64,000 bases of DNA from an uncultured virus (IMG/VR IMGVR_UViG_3300035188_001343) (lineage: Duplodnaviria > Heunggongvirae > Uroviricota > Caudoviricetes): IMG/VR virus record IMGVR_UViG_3300035188_001343; one strand, given 5' to 3'. Positions 1-9,447 of this stretch are shown here, in pieces. Numbering within the stretch: position 1 is the first letter of the stretch; each line of letters begins with the position of its first letter. Under the pieces are notes generated by a model that saw nothing but the letters and a program-made list of their open reading frames with translations, did no database searches and was not told the DNA's origin. The translations under genes and the position numbers were made by a program.

Positions 1-69
1 TACAATCAATAGTTAAATTAGTCTTCAAAATTTGATGTCTACTGATAGACAAAAAAGAGGTATTGAAAA

Positions 70-300
70 GTGTTTACTCACGAACAGGATATTGATAACG
101 CATTGTTTGATATTGACCAAATGCACAAAAAATTAGCTGATCACGTTTGTTGGGTGTCAAATGTTATGCGTGATCTTGATAATACGGAAATTGAGAAATT
201 AAAAACACTGGTCACTGAGTCAGGTGCAATTGAAAAATTAAAACAAGGTATTACTGATTTTGAAGCAATGTTGGATCATCGAGGAATTAAAAATGAATGA
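70..300 (+). CDS. hypothetical protein
   Basis: 76-aa ORF, GTG start after an AGAGG RBS; no recognisable motif. Confidence 0.6.
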   Translation: MFTHEQDIDNALFDIDQMHKKLADHVCWVSNVMRDLDNTEIEKLKTLVTESGAIEKLKQGITDFEAMLDHRGIKNE

Positions 301-421
301 AAAAAGTTTAAAATCGACTGGTGTTCAACTCAGTAAATCCCACAAGAATTACATCAGCTACGTGCGTACAGTAAGAGATCTCTAAACAGATAATAGAAAC
401 CATTTAACAAGGAAATCTATA

Positions 422-805
422 ATGAATCACCAACCACCAATATCTATCACCAAAGAACACTATGACAACAGAGATGTAATTTATTCGGATACATTGTTTG
501 TGGTATGGATGCCAGATAATACCAGAAGAAAAACAATCGAACTAGCTATCAATGCAGTACGTTTATCTTGGCTTGATTTATCTTGGGCTAATTTAGCACA
601 TGACGATTTATCTGGGTTAGATTTATCGGGTTTGGATCTTTCTTATACTAATTTAACGTTTGCAAATTTGTCAAATGCTAATCTAACCAATGCGAATTTA
701 TTTCAAGCAAGTTTACGTGGTGCTGATCTTACGAACACCATGATAAATAATACAAATCTTCAATATGCTGATTTAAGTTATACATTATTAAAAAATGACA
801 GATAA
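422..805 (+). CDS. pentapeptide-repeat protein
   Basis: Runs of A(N/D)Lxx / LDLS pentapeptides (LDLSW-ANLAH, ANLSN-ANLTN-ANLFQ, ADLTN, ADLSY); AAGGA RBS. Confidence 0.9.
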   Translation: MNHQPPISITKEHYDNRDVIYSDTLFVVWMPDNTRRKTIELAINAVRLSWLDLSWANLAHDDLSGLDLSGLDLSYTNLTFANLSNANLTNANLFQASLRGADLTNTMINNTNLQYADLSYTLLKNDR

Positions 806-829
806 TTTTACAATTTTTTTAAAAATCTC

Positions 830-858
830 TTGACACCTTGACTTGTTTAAGGTATAAT
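830..858 (+). promoter_or_regulatory. sigma70-type (early) promoter
   Basis: TTGACA at 830-835, 17-bp spacer, TATAAT at 853-858, upstream of a run of small ORFs. Confidence 0.85.
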
Positions 859-895
859 ATTACTATCAAATTATTATTAGAAATATTCAAAATAT

Positions 896-1081
896 ATGCA
901 TGAAAAAGTAAAACCATTTTTGCCTGTTTACACTAGACCACCAAATGTCTTTTTGCGATATGAAGAAACAAGATTTGATGATGGATATGGGCATACAGGT
1001 ATAGCTAGAACAGCATTCTTTTTAACTAAAAAGAAAGAAGAAATGTCAATGATTGCCCAAATTATTTGGGATAACTTATGA
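896..1081 (+). CDS. hypothetical protein
   Basis: First ORF after the sigma70 promoter. Confidence 0.5.
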   Translation: MHEKVKPFLPVYTRPPNVFLRYEETRFDDGYGHTGIARTAFFLTKKKEEMSMIAQIIWDNL

Positions 1082-1091
1082 GGATTAAATA

Positions 1092-1343
1092 ATGAATTTG
1101 TACTTGTTGGAACAAGAAGAAAATAGTGGTTATGATACTTATGATTCTATGGTAGTAGCAGCAGAAACTGAAGATAAAGCCAGATTAATTCATCCAAATA
1201 CTTGGTTAGATAATCCTTGGGATAGAACAAAATTTAATAGAGATTGGGCAACTTCTCCCGATCAAGTTTCTGTTAAGTTAATCGGAACAGCGGTAGAAGG
1301 AACAAAATCTGGTGTGATTTTATCATCATTTAATGCAGGTTAG
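1092..1343 (+). CDS. small phage hypothetical protein
   Basis: GAGGA RBS; GYDTYDSMVVAAE...VILSSFNAG pattern recalled from small phage proteins. Confidence 0.7.
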   Translation: MNLYLLEQEENSGYDTYDSMVVAAETEDKARLIHPNTWLDNPWDRTKFNRDWATSPDQVSVKLIGTAVEGTKSGVILSSFNAG

Positions 1344-1356
1344 ATAAGGAAAGAAT

Positions 1357-1869
1357 ATGCCTTTTAAAAAACATAGAACTGATTGTATATCAGAGTATGC
1401 AAACACAATTGCAAAGTTGTCTGTAGAGTTGGCTGTTTTAGGTACAAACCGGGATGATGCTGTTAAATGTACCACAAAATTGATTAGTACCCTATTGAAT
1501 AAATTGATGTTGAGTCCAGGGGCAGTAGAGATTCTAAAACATGATTTAAAAAATAATGTTATTCCACTGTATAATTCTACTATTAAAAATGAGAGTGAAA
1601 ATCAATATCCTACACCTGTTAAACAAAAAAAGTTAACGGTGGATTTTAATTTCGATTTGGAGAGAATGAAAGTTGCGGTTGAATCAAAAAAAATTGAGAT
1701 TCCAAAACATGCTTTAGAAAGTTTTGAAGCTTTTGATGCCTGGTTGAATGATGATGAACTACCTAAAAAGCAAATTTGTCCACAGAAAGTAAATGGACAT
1801 TGTCCACTACATAATTTGTTTTGTAAATATCCAGAATGTGAGAAAATCCCTTTAGGGATGGGTAATTGA
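1357..1869 (+). CDS. hypothetical protein with C-terminal Cys/His cluster
   Basis: AAGGA RBS; C-terminal CPQKVNGHCPLHNLFCKYPEC. Confidence 0.6.
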   Translation: MPFKKHRTDCISEYANTIAKLSVELAVLGTNRDDAVKCTTKLISTLLNKLMLSPGAVEILKHDLKNNVIPLYNSTIKNESENQYPTPVKQKKLTVDFNFDLERMKVAVESKKIEIPKHALESFEAFDAWLNDDELPKKQICPQKVNGHCPLHNLFCKYPECEKIPLGMGN

Positions 1870-2015
1870 CAATCAACTTTTTGCAGAAATTATCAAATCA
1901 TTGCACCACTGATAATAGTAAAAAAATTGTAATAATAGAAATCGTATTGGTTGCAGAGATGTCTAAAGATTCTCTAACTATCCAATCACTTTTTTGAGTA
2001 AAGGTAGGTATAATT

Positions 2016-2276
2016 ATGAAAAATGCTAAAGCCGAAATTGTAGAAATTGTATCAAAAATTAATCCTGATTTGGTTAGTCATGTTGATTTACTAAACATTG
2101 ATAAGGCATGTTTTCAGTGTGGTCATTTTAACAAAAATTTAAAAGATGTAGATGTATATCGATGCTATAATATTGGTACGTGTATATCGGCAACATTACA
2201 TCCCGAAATCACTGATAAAATTTGGAGTGAATACACTGAAAATTTTTGGAAAGATGTTGATTGTGGTATAATATAG
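2016..2276 (+). CDS. hypothetical Cys-rich protein
   Basis: CFQC...C...C pattern; AGGT RBS. Confidence 0.55.
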   Translation: MKNAKAEIVEIVSKINPDLVSHVDLLNIDKACFQCGHFNKNLKDVDVYRCYNIGTCISATLHPEITDKIWSEYTENFWKDVDCGII

Positions 2277-2475
2277 GTGACAGATGAAAGTGTATGTGGT
2301 TTACTATACCGATGGTTTAGGGATGTCAGATCGTTTTTGTGGTGTGTTTGATTCTCCCGAATCATGTATTACATTTATCGATCGTCAAGATTTTAGTTGG
2401 TATTATGATTGGTTTTCATCAAAAGTATTATCTAAAGATGATCTAACATTGGATGATGTTTAAAACTATTATGGA

Positions 2476-2700
2476 TTGTGGGTAAAAATGGCACAAATTG
2501 AAAACCCAGATTTAAAAATTTTTAAAGTTGTTTTAACAGAATATGAACGTGGCTGGGGATCTAAAATCTGGGACACATTGTATTTTGATAATGAATTAGA
2601 AGCAAAAACATTTGCTACTGACTACAATCAACAAAATAATAGTGATTCTTATGTACCCGATTGGTATGTTAGTGCGACTTATGAAGGTAAAGTAAGATAA
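2476..2700 (+). CDS. small phage hypothetical protein
   Basis: TEYERGWG and PDWY motifs; start may be the ATG at 2488. Confidence 0.65.
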   Translation: MWVKMAQIENPDLKIFKVVLTEYERGWGSKIWDTLYFDNELEAKTFATDYNQQNNSDSYVPDWYVSATYEGKVR

Positions 2701-2706
2701 TGATGG

Positions 2707-2988
2707 TTGATTATGAAATATTATAACAGTAAGATAAGAGAGTTGGCTAATAAAACTGCGAATGAAATAGCGGATCAATTTGCAATAGGTTATTTTGATG
2801 ATCGTATGGTTGAATTACATTCTGACATTATAGAAAGAAATATGCTCACAATCGTGGATTTGTGCTCTCTAATAATATTAGAAGATGATAAGAAACAGGT
2901 TTCAATGTTTGATAAATTATTGAGAAATGATGCAGAGGAAATGCATAATCTTAGTAAAAAAATTAAACTTTATTTTGGTGTGTTATAA
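2707..2988 (+). CDS. small paralogous-family protein (N.KI.ELA ... IK.hFG type)
   Basis: NSKIRELA start and IKLYFGV end shared with neighbouring ORFs. Confidence 0.6.
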   Translation: MIMKYYNSKIRELANKTANEIADQFAIGYFDDRMVELHSDIIERNMLTIVDLCSLIILEDDKKQVSMFDKLLRNDAEEMHNLSKKIKLYFGVL

Positions 2989-3143
2989 TGCATACATATA
3001 TACAGAATATTGCCGATCAGGCTACCGAATATGCCAGTTTAAAGAAAAATTTGGTATGTGTTCAACTGCAAATGGTAATTAAACCGATGTTAAGAAAATT
3101 AAAATAACTATATTACATTAAAAAATAGTAATAACAGAATCTA

Positions 3144-3374
3144 ATGGAAATAGGAATTAATATGCATGAAAACGTAAAACGAATTATTGATCAGTGGGAT
3201 GAAATTTTAGATGATGAAGCTGATTTTGATGTCGAGTTAGCTAAATTGGTGGAAATAGTTGTTTTTGATGTTATCAACAATATCAATGATGTTAAATATG
3301 AATCTGGAAAAAGTCTTTCTAAAATTATTGAAACTGTGATTAAAAACCATTATGGTTTAGAATATGAACATTAA
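3144..3374 (+). CDS. small paralogous-family protein
   Basis: LAKLVEIVVFDVI ... IKNHYGLE; start probably the ATG at 3162. Confidence 0.6.
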   Translation: MEIGINMHENVKRIIDQWDEILDDEADFDVELAKLVEIVVFDVINNINDVKYESGKSLSKIIETVIKNHYGLEYEH

Positions 3375-3413
3375 AAATAGATATTTGTTGGTTTACCATT
3401 TTGAGTTGAATTT

Positions 3414-3671
3414 ATGAATGAAAAAATTAAAGAAATTGCAACTAGGTGTAATTGGGTAGATTTAACTGGCGACGATAACTGGATCAACATTGAAGCTAAT
3501 AAACGTGGTTATTTCACTGAAAAAGATTTAGAAAAGTTTGCAAGAGAGATAGTAAAAGAATGTATTGGTGTGTATGTGACCATTGCAAATGGTAATTATG
3601 TTGAGGATACCGATGATTACATTGTTGCGATTGGAAAAACATTTTTAACTGAGCGAAAAGTGGAAGAATGA
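3414..3671 (+). CDS. small paralogous-family protein
   Basis: MNEKIKEIA ... LEKFAREIVKECI. Confidence 0.65.
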   Translation: MNEKIKEIATRCNWVDLTGDDNWINIEANKRGYFTEKDLEKFAREIVKECIGVYVTIANGNYVEDTDDYIVAIGKTFLTERKVEE

Positions 3672-3675
3672 TATT

Positions 3676-3891
3676 ATGGTCACCAAAATTCAAAAATTGA
3701 TAAGTAAGTTTGATGATAATTTTTTAGATAAAAATGATTCATTCGAACAAATGATGGAAAAATTTGCTACATTGGTGATTTCTGATGTACTATATGTAGT
3801 AAACGATGAATTACAATATGAAATTGGTTTTGGGTTAGCAAAAACAATAAACCATGCAGTAAATAAACATTATGAAATAAAGGATGATTAG
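3676..3891 (+). CDS. small paralogous-family protein
   Basis: KIQKLI ... MEKFATLVISDVL ... VNKHYEI. Confidence 0.6.
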   Translation: MVTKIQKLISKFDDNFLDKNDSFEQMMEKFATLVISDVLYVVNDELQYEIGFGLAKTINHAVNKHYEIKDD

Positions 3892-3925
3892 AGTCCACAC
3901 AAAACATAACTGATATGGTGTTATA

Positions 3926-4204
3926 TTGATTATATTATCAGTTGGTTATTTAGAAAAACATTTTGAGAAAAAACATATGACAGATAATAATGTAGTGAAA
4001 AAAAAAGTTGTTACATACCCAATTATTGGTATTTTTCCAAAAACTGGAAACATAGTATTATTTTCATCTTTGACCACTGGAACTTTTTTAAAATGTTCAG
4101 AGAGTTGTACACTTAAAGTGGGAACAACCATTTCTAATTTTGCTCGCAATTGGATTCCCTATCCAGGGATGTTAAACATGTCAAACGATATATTATCCAG
4201 GTAA
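3926..4204 (+). CDS. hypothetical protein
   Basis: ORF ending just before a hairpin terminator; true start probably the internal ATG at about 3977. Confidence 0.5.
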   Translation: MIILSVGYLEKHFEKKHMTDNNVVKKKVVTYPIIGIFPKTGNIVLFSSLTTGTFLKCSESCTLKVGTTISNFARNWIPYPGMLNMSNDILSR

Positions 4205-4213
4205 AGAGTAATT

Positions 4214-4247
4214 AAGAAACCCCATATTTCAATTTGTGGGGTTTCTT
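4214..4247 (+). terminator. inverted repeat, probable intrinsic terminator
   Basis: AAGAAACCCCA ... TGGGGTTTCTT 11-bp stem after the small-gene run. Confidence 0.7.
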
Positions 4248-4432
4248 CCACAAAAAATTGACACAACCGTATATTTTCTTCAGAGTACACATTATGTCAC
4301 TCAATTCAACAAGCCGGTAATCCTCAAAAATTTGTTAAAAATTCCAACACACGGGTATCTCACTACCCATAAGTTGACAAAAAATTGGTATTAATTAATT
4401 ACGTTGACTTTTTTCATCACCTTGCTAAAAAT

Positions 4433-4440
4433 TATAAATA
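4433..4440 (+). promoter_or_regulatory. T4-type late promoter
   Basis: TATAAATA 36 nt upstream of the terminase fragment. Confidence 0.6.
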
Positions 4441-4476
4441 GAATAACATCAGCAAAAAACTATTTAGAGTAAGATA

Positions 4477-4800
4477 ATGAAAGATATTAATGAGTGGGAG
4501 ATTTTAACTCCAGAGGGATGGCGTGATTTTTCGGGAATTATCCAATTAGATAAGAAAGTTATCACTATTGAATTTGATAATGGTAAACAGTTAACAGGTA
4601 GTGAAACACATCGAATTTTTTCTAAAATTGGAATACAAGAATTTAACACTTTAATGGTTGGTGATGAAATCAAAACCAATGATGGTTGGACTGTGGTAAC
4701 TAAAATTTCAGATGTAAAACAAACTCAGAAAGTATATGATTTGGTAGAAGTAAAATCAGCTAACCATCAATATTATACCAATGGTTTTGTTTCAAAAAAT
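4477..4800 (+). mobile_element. atypically split intein, long C-half (108 aa)
   Basis: ILTPEGW, block B TGSETH, block F VYDL, block G YYTNGFVSKN followed by Cys+1; no block A. Confidence 0.88.
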
Positions 4801-5265
4801 TGTGATGAGATTGCGTTTATTCCCAACAGAATTCAGGAAGAATTTATGTCTGGCACAACACCGGCTCTTTCTGCTACAAAAGGAAAAATGTTAATTACCT
4901 CAACGCCCAATGGTTCGAGAGATTTATTTGCGAAACTTTGGTTTGGATCCGGTATGACATGGGATAAAAAACAATATACATACGTCAGAAAAAATGAACC
5001 AAAAAACCTTTTTAGTCCATTATTTGTACCTTTTTGGATTGACCCAGAAAAAAACACTGATGAATGGATTCACAGAGAAAAGATGACTCTCGATAGCCCA
5101 ATAGCATGGAAAATAGAGTTTGAATGTATGTATCCAGATACGTTGATTGATGTATATGATGAAAAAACTAAAAATTATCAAACAATAACTATAGAAGATA
5201 TGTATCGAATGATACTTCGAGATGAAATTGAGAATAAAGTTATTATTGATGAATCTGATAATTAG
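4477..5265 (+). CDS. terL: terminase large subunit, middle fragment flanked by split-intein halves (IntC-extein-IntN)
   Basis: Extein 4801-5124 has Walker B CDEIAF and coupling motif ITSTPNG and ends in EFE; intein halves on both ends. Confidence 0.88.
   Translation: MKDINEWEILTPEGWRDFSGIIQLDKKVITIEFDNGKQLTGSETHRIFSKIGIQEFNTLMVGDEIKTNDGWTVVTKISDVKQTQKVYDLVEVKSANHQYYTNGFVSKNCDEIAFIPNRIQEEFMSGTTPALSATKGKMLITSTPNGSRDLFAKLWFGSGMTWDKKQYTYVRKNEPKNLFSPLFVPFWIDPEKNTDEWIHREKMTLDSPIAWKIEFECMYPDTLIDVYDEKTKNYQTITIEDMYRMILRDEIENKVIIDESDN
5125..5262 (+). mobile_element. atypically split intein, short N-half (46 aa)
   Basis: EFE|CMYPDTLIDV...ITIEDMY is block A, then a stop; resembles IntN of known atypically split TerL inteins. 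Confidence 0.82.
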
Positions 5266-5273
5266 AGAAATAT

Positions 5274-6437
5274 ATGTTGTTGAAAGAAAAAATGATATTG
5301 ATAGAATTCATAATATTCGCAAAAAACAATATTAATAATATCGCTGAAAATCCAACAGATACGTTCATCGATAAAGTGGTTGAAATTTACCATCGCAAGA
5401 AAAATGTTGAATTTAAAAACCCACTAGCAAATGAATTTCCTAGAGCACCTAATACACTTGAATATTGGTTACACCGTGGATGGAATGAAAAAGAAGCAGA
5501 GAAAAAAAGGTGTGAAAAAATTCTCGCTAGTAGTTGCTCATTACAAGCTTTAATTGCTAAACATGGTGAAGAAAAAGGGTATCATTTGTTCACCGAAATC
5601 AATACTAAAAAATCAAATACTTTGGATGGTTTCATTAGAAGACACGGTGATGAAATAGGAAAAAAATTGTACGCTGCATATACCCTAAAAATGTCCACAC
5701 AAAATACTTTAGTTGGGATGATTGAAACTTATGGTGAAATTGAGGGTAATGAAAGATATAACACTATGATTTCTGGTAAGATACATAACTTAGAAAGTGT
5801 TATTAAGCGATATGGGGAAGAAGAAGGTAAAAAACGATACACTGCTAGTAATTTAAAAAGAAGTAAATCACACAGTTATGTGGGGTTCGTTGAAAGGTTT
5901 GGTTCTTACGCTGACCAAAAATGGGAGGAATTATCAAAAAATCGATCATATAGAACAACAGTAGATTATTATATTGAAAAATATGGGGATGATTTAGGGA
6001 GAAAAAAACATACCGATTGGTTTAAATCATCGATTGGTGGTGATTTTAGTCAAAGTTTTTCAAAAACATCTAAAATGTTATTTGAAAGTTTAAAAAATAA
6101 TGAATTTGCTCAATTTGGTTGTAATGAAGCTTTAATTGAATTAACTACAGATGAACAATCAGTTTTAAATAGGAAATTTATTCGCCCCGATTTTTTACTT
6201 GATAACAAAATAATTGAATTTTACGGAACCTATTGGCATTGTCATGAATCCATGTTTGCTGCAGATCAGATACATCCACAGTTTAATAAGACAGCAACAG
6301 ATATACGAAACTACGATTGTAAGAAAAATGAGGTGTTGAAATTGAAAGGGTTTGATGTTTTGGTTATTTGGGAACATAATTATTATGCTAACAAAGAAGG
6401 TATTATTGCACAGTGTAATGACTTCTTAAATCAATAA
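5274..6437 (+). CDS. free-standing Vsr-like (homing) endonuclease with (K/R)(Y/H)GxExG repeats
   Basis: Repeats KHGEEKG, RHGDEIG, RYGEEEG; C-terminal PDF...IEFYGTYWH...GFDVLVIWE; directly follows a split IntN. Confidence 0.8.
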   Translation: MLLKEKMILIEFIIFAKNNINNIAENPTDTFIDKVVEIYHRKKNVEFKNPLANEFPRAPNTLEYWLHRGWNEKEAEKKRCEKILASSCSLQALIAKHGEEKGYHLFTEINTKKSNTLDGFIRRHGDEIGKKLYAAYTLKMSTQNTLVGMIETYGEIEGNERYNTMISGKIHNLESVIKRYGEEEGKKRYTASNLKRSKSHSYVGFVERFGSYADQKWEELSKNRSYRTTVDYYIEKYGDDLGRKKHTDWFKSSIGGDFSQSFSKTSKMLFESLKNNEFAQFGCNEALIELTTDEQSVLNRKFIRPDFLLDNKIIEFYGTYWHCHESMFAADQIHPQFNKTATDIRNYDCKKNEVLKLKGFDVLVIWEHNYYANKEGIIAQCNDFLNQ

Positions 6438-6458
6438 TACCACTAAGTTACTTACAAA

Positions 6459-6968
6459 TCAAAAAATACTACTATTATTTAATTTATCGTGATTCTTTTT
6501 AAATTCGGTAATCAAGTCTGTAACTAACTGATGGTCTTTAATGTATTGTTTAATATCATCAACAGTAGCAGTTACCAATCGTTTATTTCTAAATTTAGGC
6601 CAGTTAGATGTAATATCTCGTTTGTTACCTAAACGACCGTTTGCATCGTAATAAAATTTTCTAACTTTTACAATTGTATGGAATGGATGTTCCATCGTGG
6701 GATCAAAATCCTCAGTTCCATCAAAATACCATTTAACTTGGGACTTTTTAAAATTGCCCACAAGAAAAATTATTTCTGATTTTTCACCAATCGATTCTAG
6801 ATAAGTATGCAATGCTAATGCAAATTCATAGCATTTTCCCGATTCAAATGCAGATGGTCCTCTCATTCCACGCTCAATAAAAAACATACTATTCCGGTTT
6901 AAATCCGAAATAATTTGTTCAATATTATACTGTTTCATTGAGGCTTCTAAAAGTGTTGATAATCTCAT
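6459..6968 (-). CDS. putative papain/transglutaminase-like Cys-His-Asp protein
   Basis: GKCYEFALAL ... HTIV ... YYDANG triad spacing; MRLSTLLE leader; TAAATA upstream at 7000-7005 on the minus strand. Confidence 0.55.
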   Translation of the reverse strand: MRLSTLLEASMKQYNIEQIISDLNRNSMFFIERGMRGPSAFESGKCYEFALALHTYLESIGEKSEIIFLVGNFKKSQVKWYFDGTEDFDPTMEHPFHTIVKVRKFYYDANGRLGNKRDITSNWPKFRNKRLVTATVDDIKQYIKDHQLVTDLITEFKKNHDKLNNSSIF

Positions 6969-7059
6969 AAGTGGTTTTCCTATTAATTAAAGTTTTAACT
7001 ATTTATCAACCCGAAATGTAAAATTACAAAATTGATTACATTGAAAGGAGAGTTAGACT

Positions 7060-8523
7060 TTGAGAACCATATTAAAATTTATATTGATTACACTACTTTT
7101 GTTATTACCCGTAGTATTGATAACAAATCTAGGTGTGATACAACCTTCATACTATCATATTATTATAAATCAAATTTACAATACGGTAATTATAGTTTTG
7201 TCTGTATGTTTTATTACTACTATTGTTGGTGTAACACTATCATGGGTATTTGCAATTTACGATTTCCCCTTTAAAAATAGTTTGGAAAAAATAATTATTT
7301 TAGGTATGGTTTTTCCAAGTTATGTATTGGCATTTTTTTATTCCGAAATGTTTAATATCTTTGGTTCAATTGCGTTAATTGGTACTTTAGTTGTTACCAC
7401 ATTACCTTATGTTTTTATGATGGTAACTACCAGTATCCGAATACAATCCCAACGTATGGTTGAATCGGCATTGATGTTTGGTAAAGATAAGAGATGGATA
7501 AAAGGTAAATTGATATTGCCATTAATTTTTCCAACAATCGTTTTATCAACATTATTGGTTATGGGAGATACATTTTCTGAATTTGGTGCCACTTATTTTT
7601 ATGGTGTTAATACTGTGATGACTGGAATTTACGAAATTTGGTTTGGTTTGAATGAATCTATACAAGGGATACGATTGTCAGCATGGTTGTTAACAGTTGT
7701 TATAATGGTATATTTGGTTATTAATGTTTTGAAAAAAGTATTTGTTGATAAATCCGATAATTTTATAAACAGTCGTGAATTTAAAGGTATAGTGGTCGAG
7801 AATATAGGTATTAAAGGTTGGTTTATAACTTTTTTAATATTCTTACTAACCATTATTACTTTTTTTATACCTTGTTTCGTGTTATTAACATGGGTAATTG
7901 AAAGTTATAACAAAACCGATTGGTTTAAAGTTTTAGCAACCACAATTAATTCGGGAATCTTAGCATCAATAATATCTTTAAGTGTATTATGTGTTACCAC
8001 TATAATTTTATATTTGTTTAAGCATCGGCTAGTGGCAATAATGACAATTTGTAATACGTTGTATTCAATACCAGGTATTGTTTTGGCAATAACGACAATC
8101 TTTATATCTACACATCTTCCATTGAGTTTTACACCTGTTATATTTTTGTATGTTTTAATAGTCAAGTATATTGCAATTGGTGTTGATAATATTAGTGCTC
8201 CAATTCAAAAAATTCATAAACAACATTATCACTCCTCAAAATTGTTAGGTCATAGTTCCTTATGGTATATTAAAAATGTTCAGTTTCCATTAGGTTTTCA
8301 AATATATTTGGTTGCAGGATTATTAGTTTGGATCGATGTCATTCGGGAATTAGTAATAGGGTTGACTATTAGACCACAGGGATTAAATTTATTAAGTATC
8401 GAAATTTTTAGATTTATGGATTTAGAACAATTATCTATGAGTGGTCCTTGGATTTTATCTATGGTTATTTTAACAATGGTTCCAATTTATTTTATAAATA
8501 TGGTTTTAAAGCAAAATAGGTAA
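7060..8523 (+). CDS. fbpB: Fe3+ ABC transporter permease (FbpB/FutB-like)
   Basis: About 12 hydrophobic segments; EAA-like loop MVESALMFG; SEFGA and DVIREL motifs; TTG start after AAAGGAG. Confidence 0.85.
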   Translation: MRTILKFILITLLLLLPVVLITNLGVIQPSYYHIIINQIYNTVIIVLSVCFITTIVGVTLSWVFAIYDFPFKNSLEKIIILGMVFPSYVLAFFYSEMFNIFGSIALIGTLVVTTLPYVFMMVTTSIRIQSQRMVESALMFGKDKRWIKGKLILPLIFPTIVLSTLLVMGDTFSEFGATYFYGVNTVMTGIYEIWFGLNESIQGIRLSAWLLTVVIMVYLVINVLKKVFVDKSDNFINSREFKGIVVENIGIKGWFITFLIFLLTIITFFIPCFVLLTWVIESYNKTDWFKVLATTINSGILASIISLSVLCVTTIILYLFKHRLVAIMTICNTLYSIPGIVLAITTIFISTHLPLSFTPVIFLYVLIVKYIAIGVDNISAPIQKIHKQHYHSSKLLGHSSLWYIKNVQFPLGFQIYLVAGLLVWIDVIRELVIGLTIRPQGLNLLSIEIFRFMDLEQLSMSGPWILSMVILTMVPIYFINMVLKQNR

Positions 8524-8529
8524 ATCTGT

Positions 8530-9435
8530 ATGTTTGATGTAAAAAATCTAAACCTAATAATAGATGATGTTGATATTCTACACAATATAAACTTTGATAT
8601 TCATAATGGTGAAATACTTTCTATTATTGGACCGAGTGGTTGTGGTAAATCATCTATTTTAAAATCTATAGCTGGAATTTATAAACATACTACAGGGGCA
8701 TTAATATTAGATGGTGAAAATATCGCGGACAAACCTATTAATCTCAGAAATGTCAACTTAGTTTTTCAAGATTTCCCTTTGTTTCCACATATGACTACTA
8801 TACAAAATATGCTTGTTGCCTGTGATAATAACCGAGTTATTGATATAGTCCTCGATGAAATGGGTATCAAACATTTAAAATTTAAATATCCTCATGAAAT
8901 GAGTGGTGGTGAACAACAACGAGTTGCATTAGCTCGTGCGATAGTGTATAAACCCAAATTATTATTATTGGACGAACCATTTTCAAATATTGATGTGCTA
9001 ACCACAAAAGTATTGAGACATAAAGTATTTAATTTATTGAAGCAATTTAATATTACTACTCTAATGGTTACACATGATTTGGATGATGTTTTTGAAATGA
9101 GTGAAAGATGTATCGTTATGAAAAATTCGAGTATTGTACAGTTTGATACTTTTGATAATTTATACAATTATCCAGTTGACGAATATGTTTCAACTTTATT
9201 CGGTAATGTTGTTTCTTATGCAGGTAAAAATTATAGACCAGAAAATATATTAATTATTGCAGATTATTCACCTAATTCCGTTAAAACTGTAATTAAAAAT
9301 GTAAAATTTAAATCACATTATAATGAAATAACTTTAGAATTGGATAATAAACAAGATATCATTGTTTTTGATTATTATCGTAAAAAGTATAAAATTAATG
9401 AGATTATGTATTTGAATTTTAATAACCCATTATAG
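8530..9435 (+). CDS. fbpC: ABC transporter ATP-binding protein (FbpC-like)
   Basis: Walker A GPSGCGKS, Q-loop VFQD, signature MSGGEQQR, Walker B LLLDEPFS, H-loop VTHD. Confidence 0.92.
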   Translation: MFDVKNLNLIIDDVDILHNINFDIHNGEILSIIGPSGCGKSSILKSIAGIYKHTTGALILDGENIADKPINLRNVNLVFQDFPLFPHMTTIQNMLVACDNNRVIDIVLDEMGIKHLKFKYPHEMSGGEQQRVALARAIVYKPKLLLLDEPFSNIDVLTTKVLRHKVFNLLKQFNITTLMVTHDLDDVFEMSERCIVMKNSSIVQFDTFDNLYNYPVDEYVSTLFGNVVSYAGKNYRPENILIIADYSPNSVKTVIKNVKFKSHYNEITLELDNKQDIIVFDYYRKKYKINEIMYLNFNNPL

Positions 9436-9447
9436 GAAAAACATATT

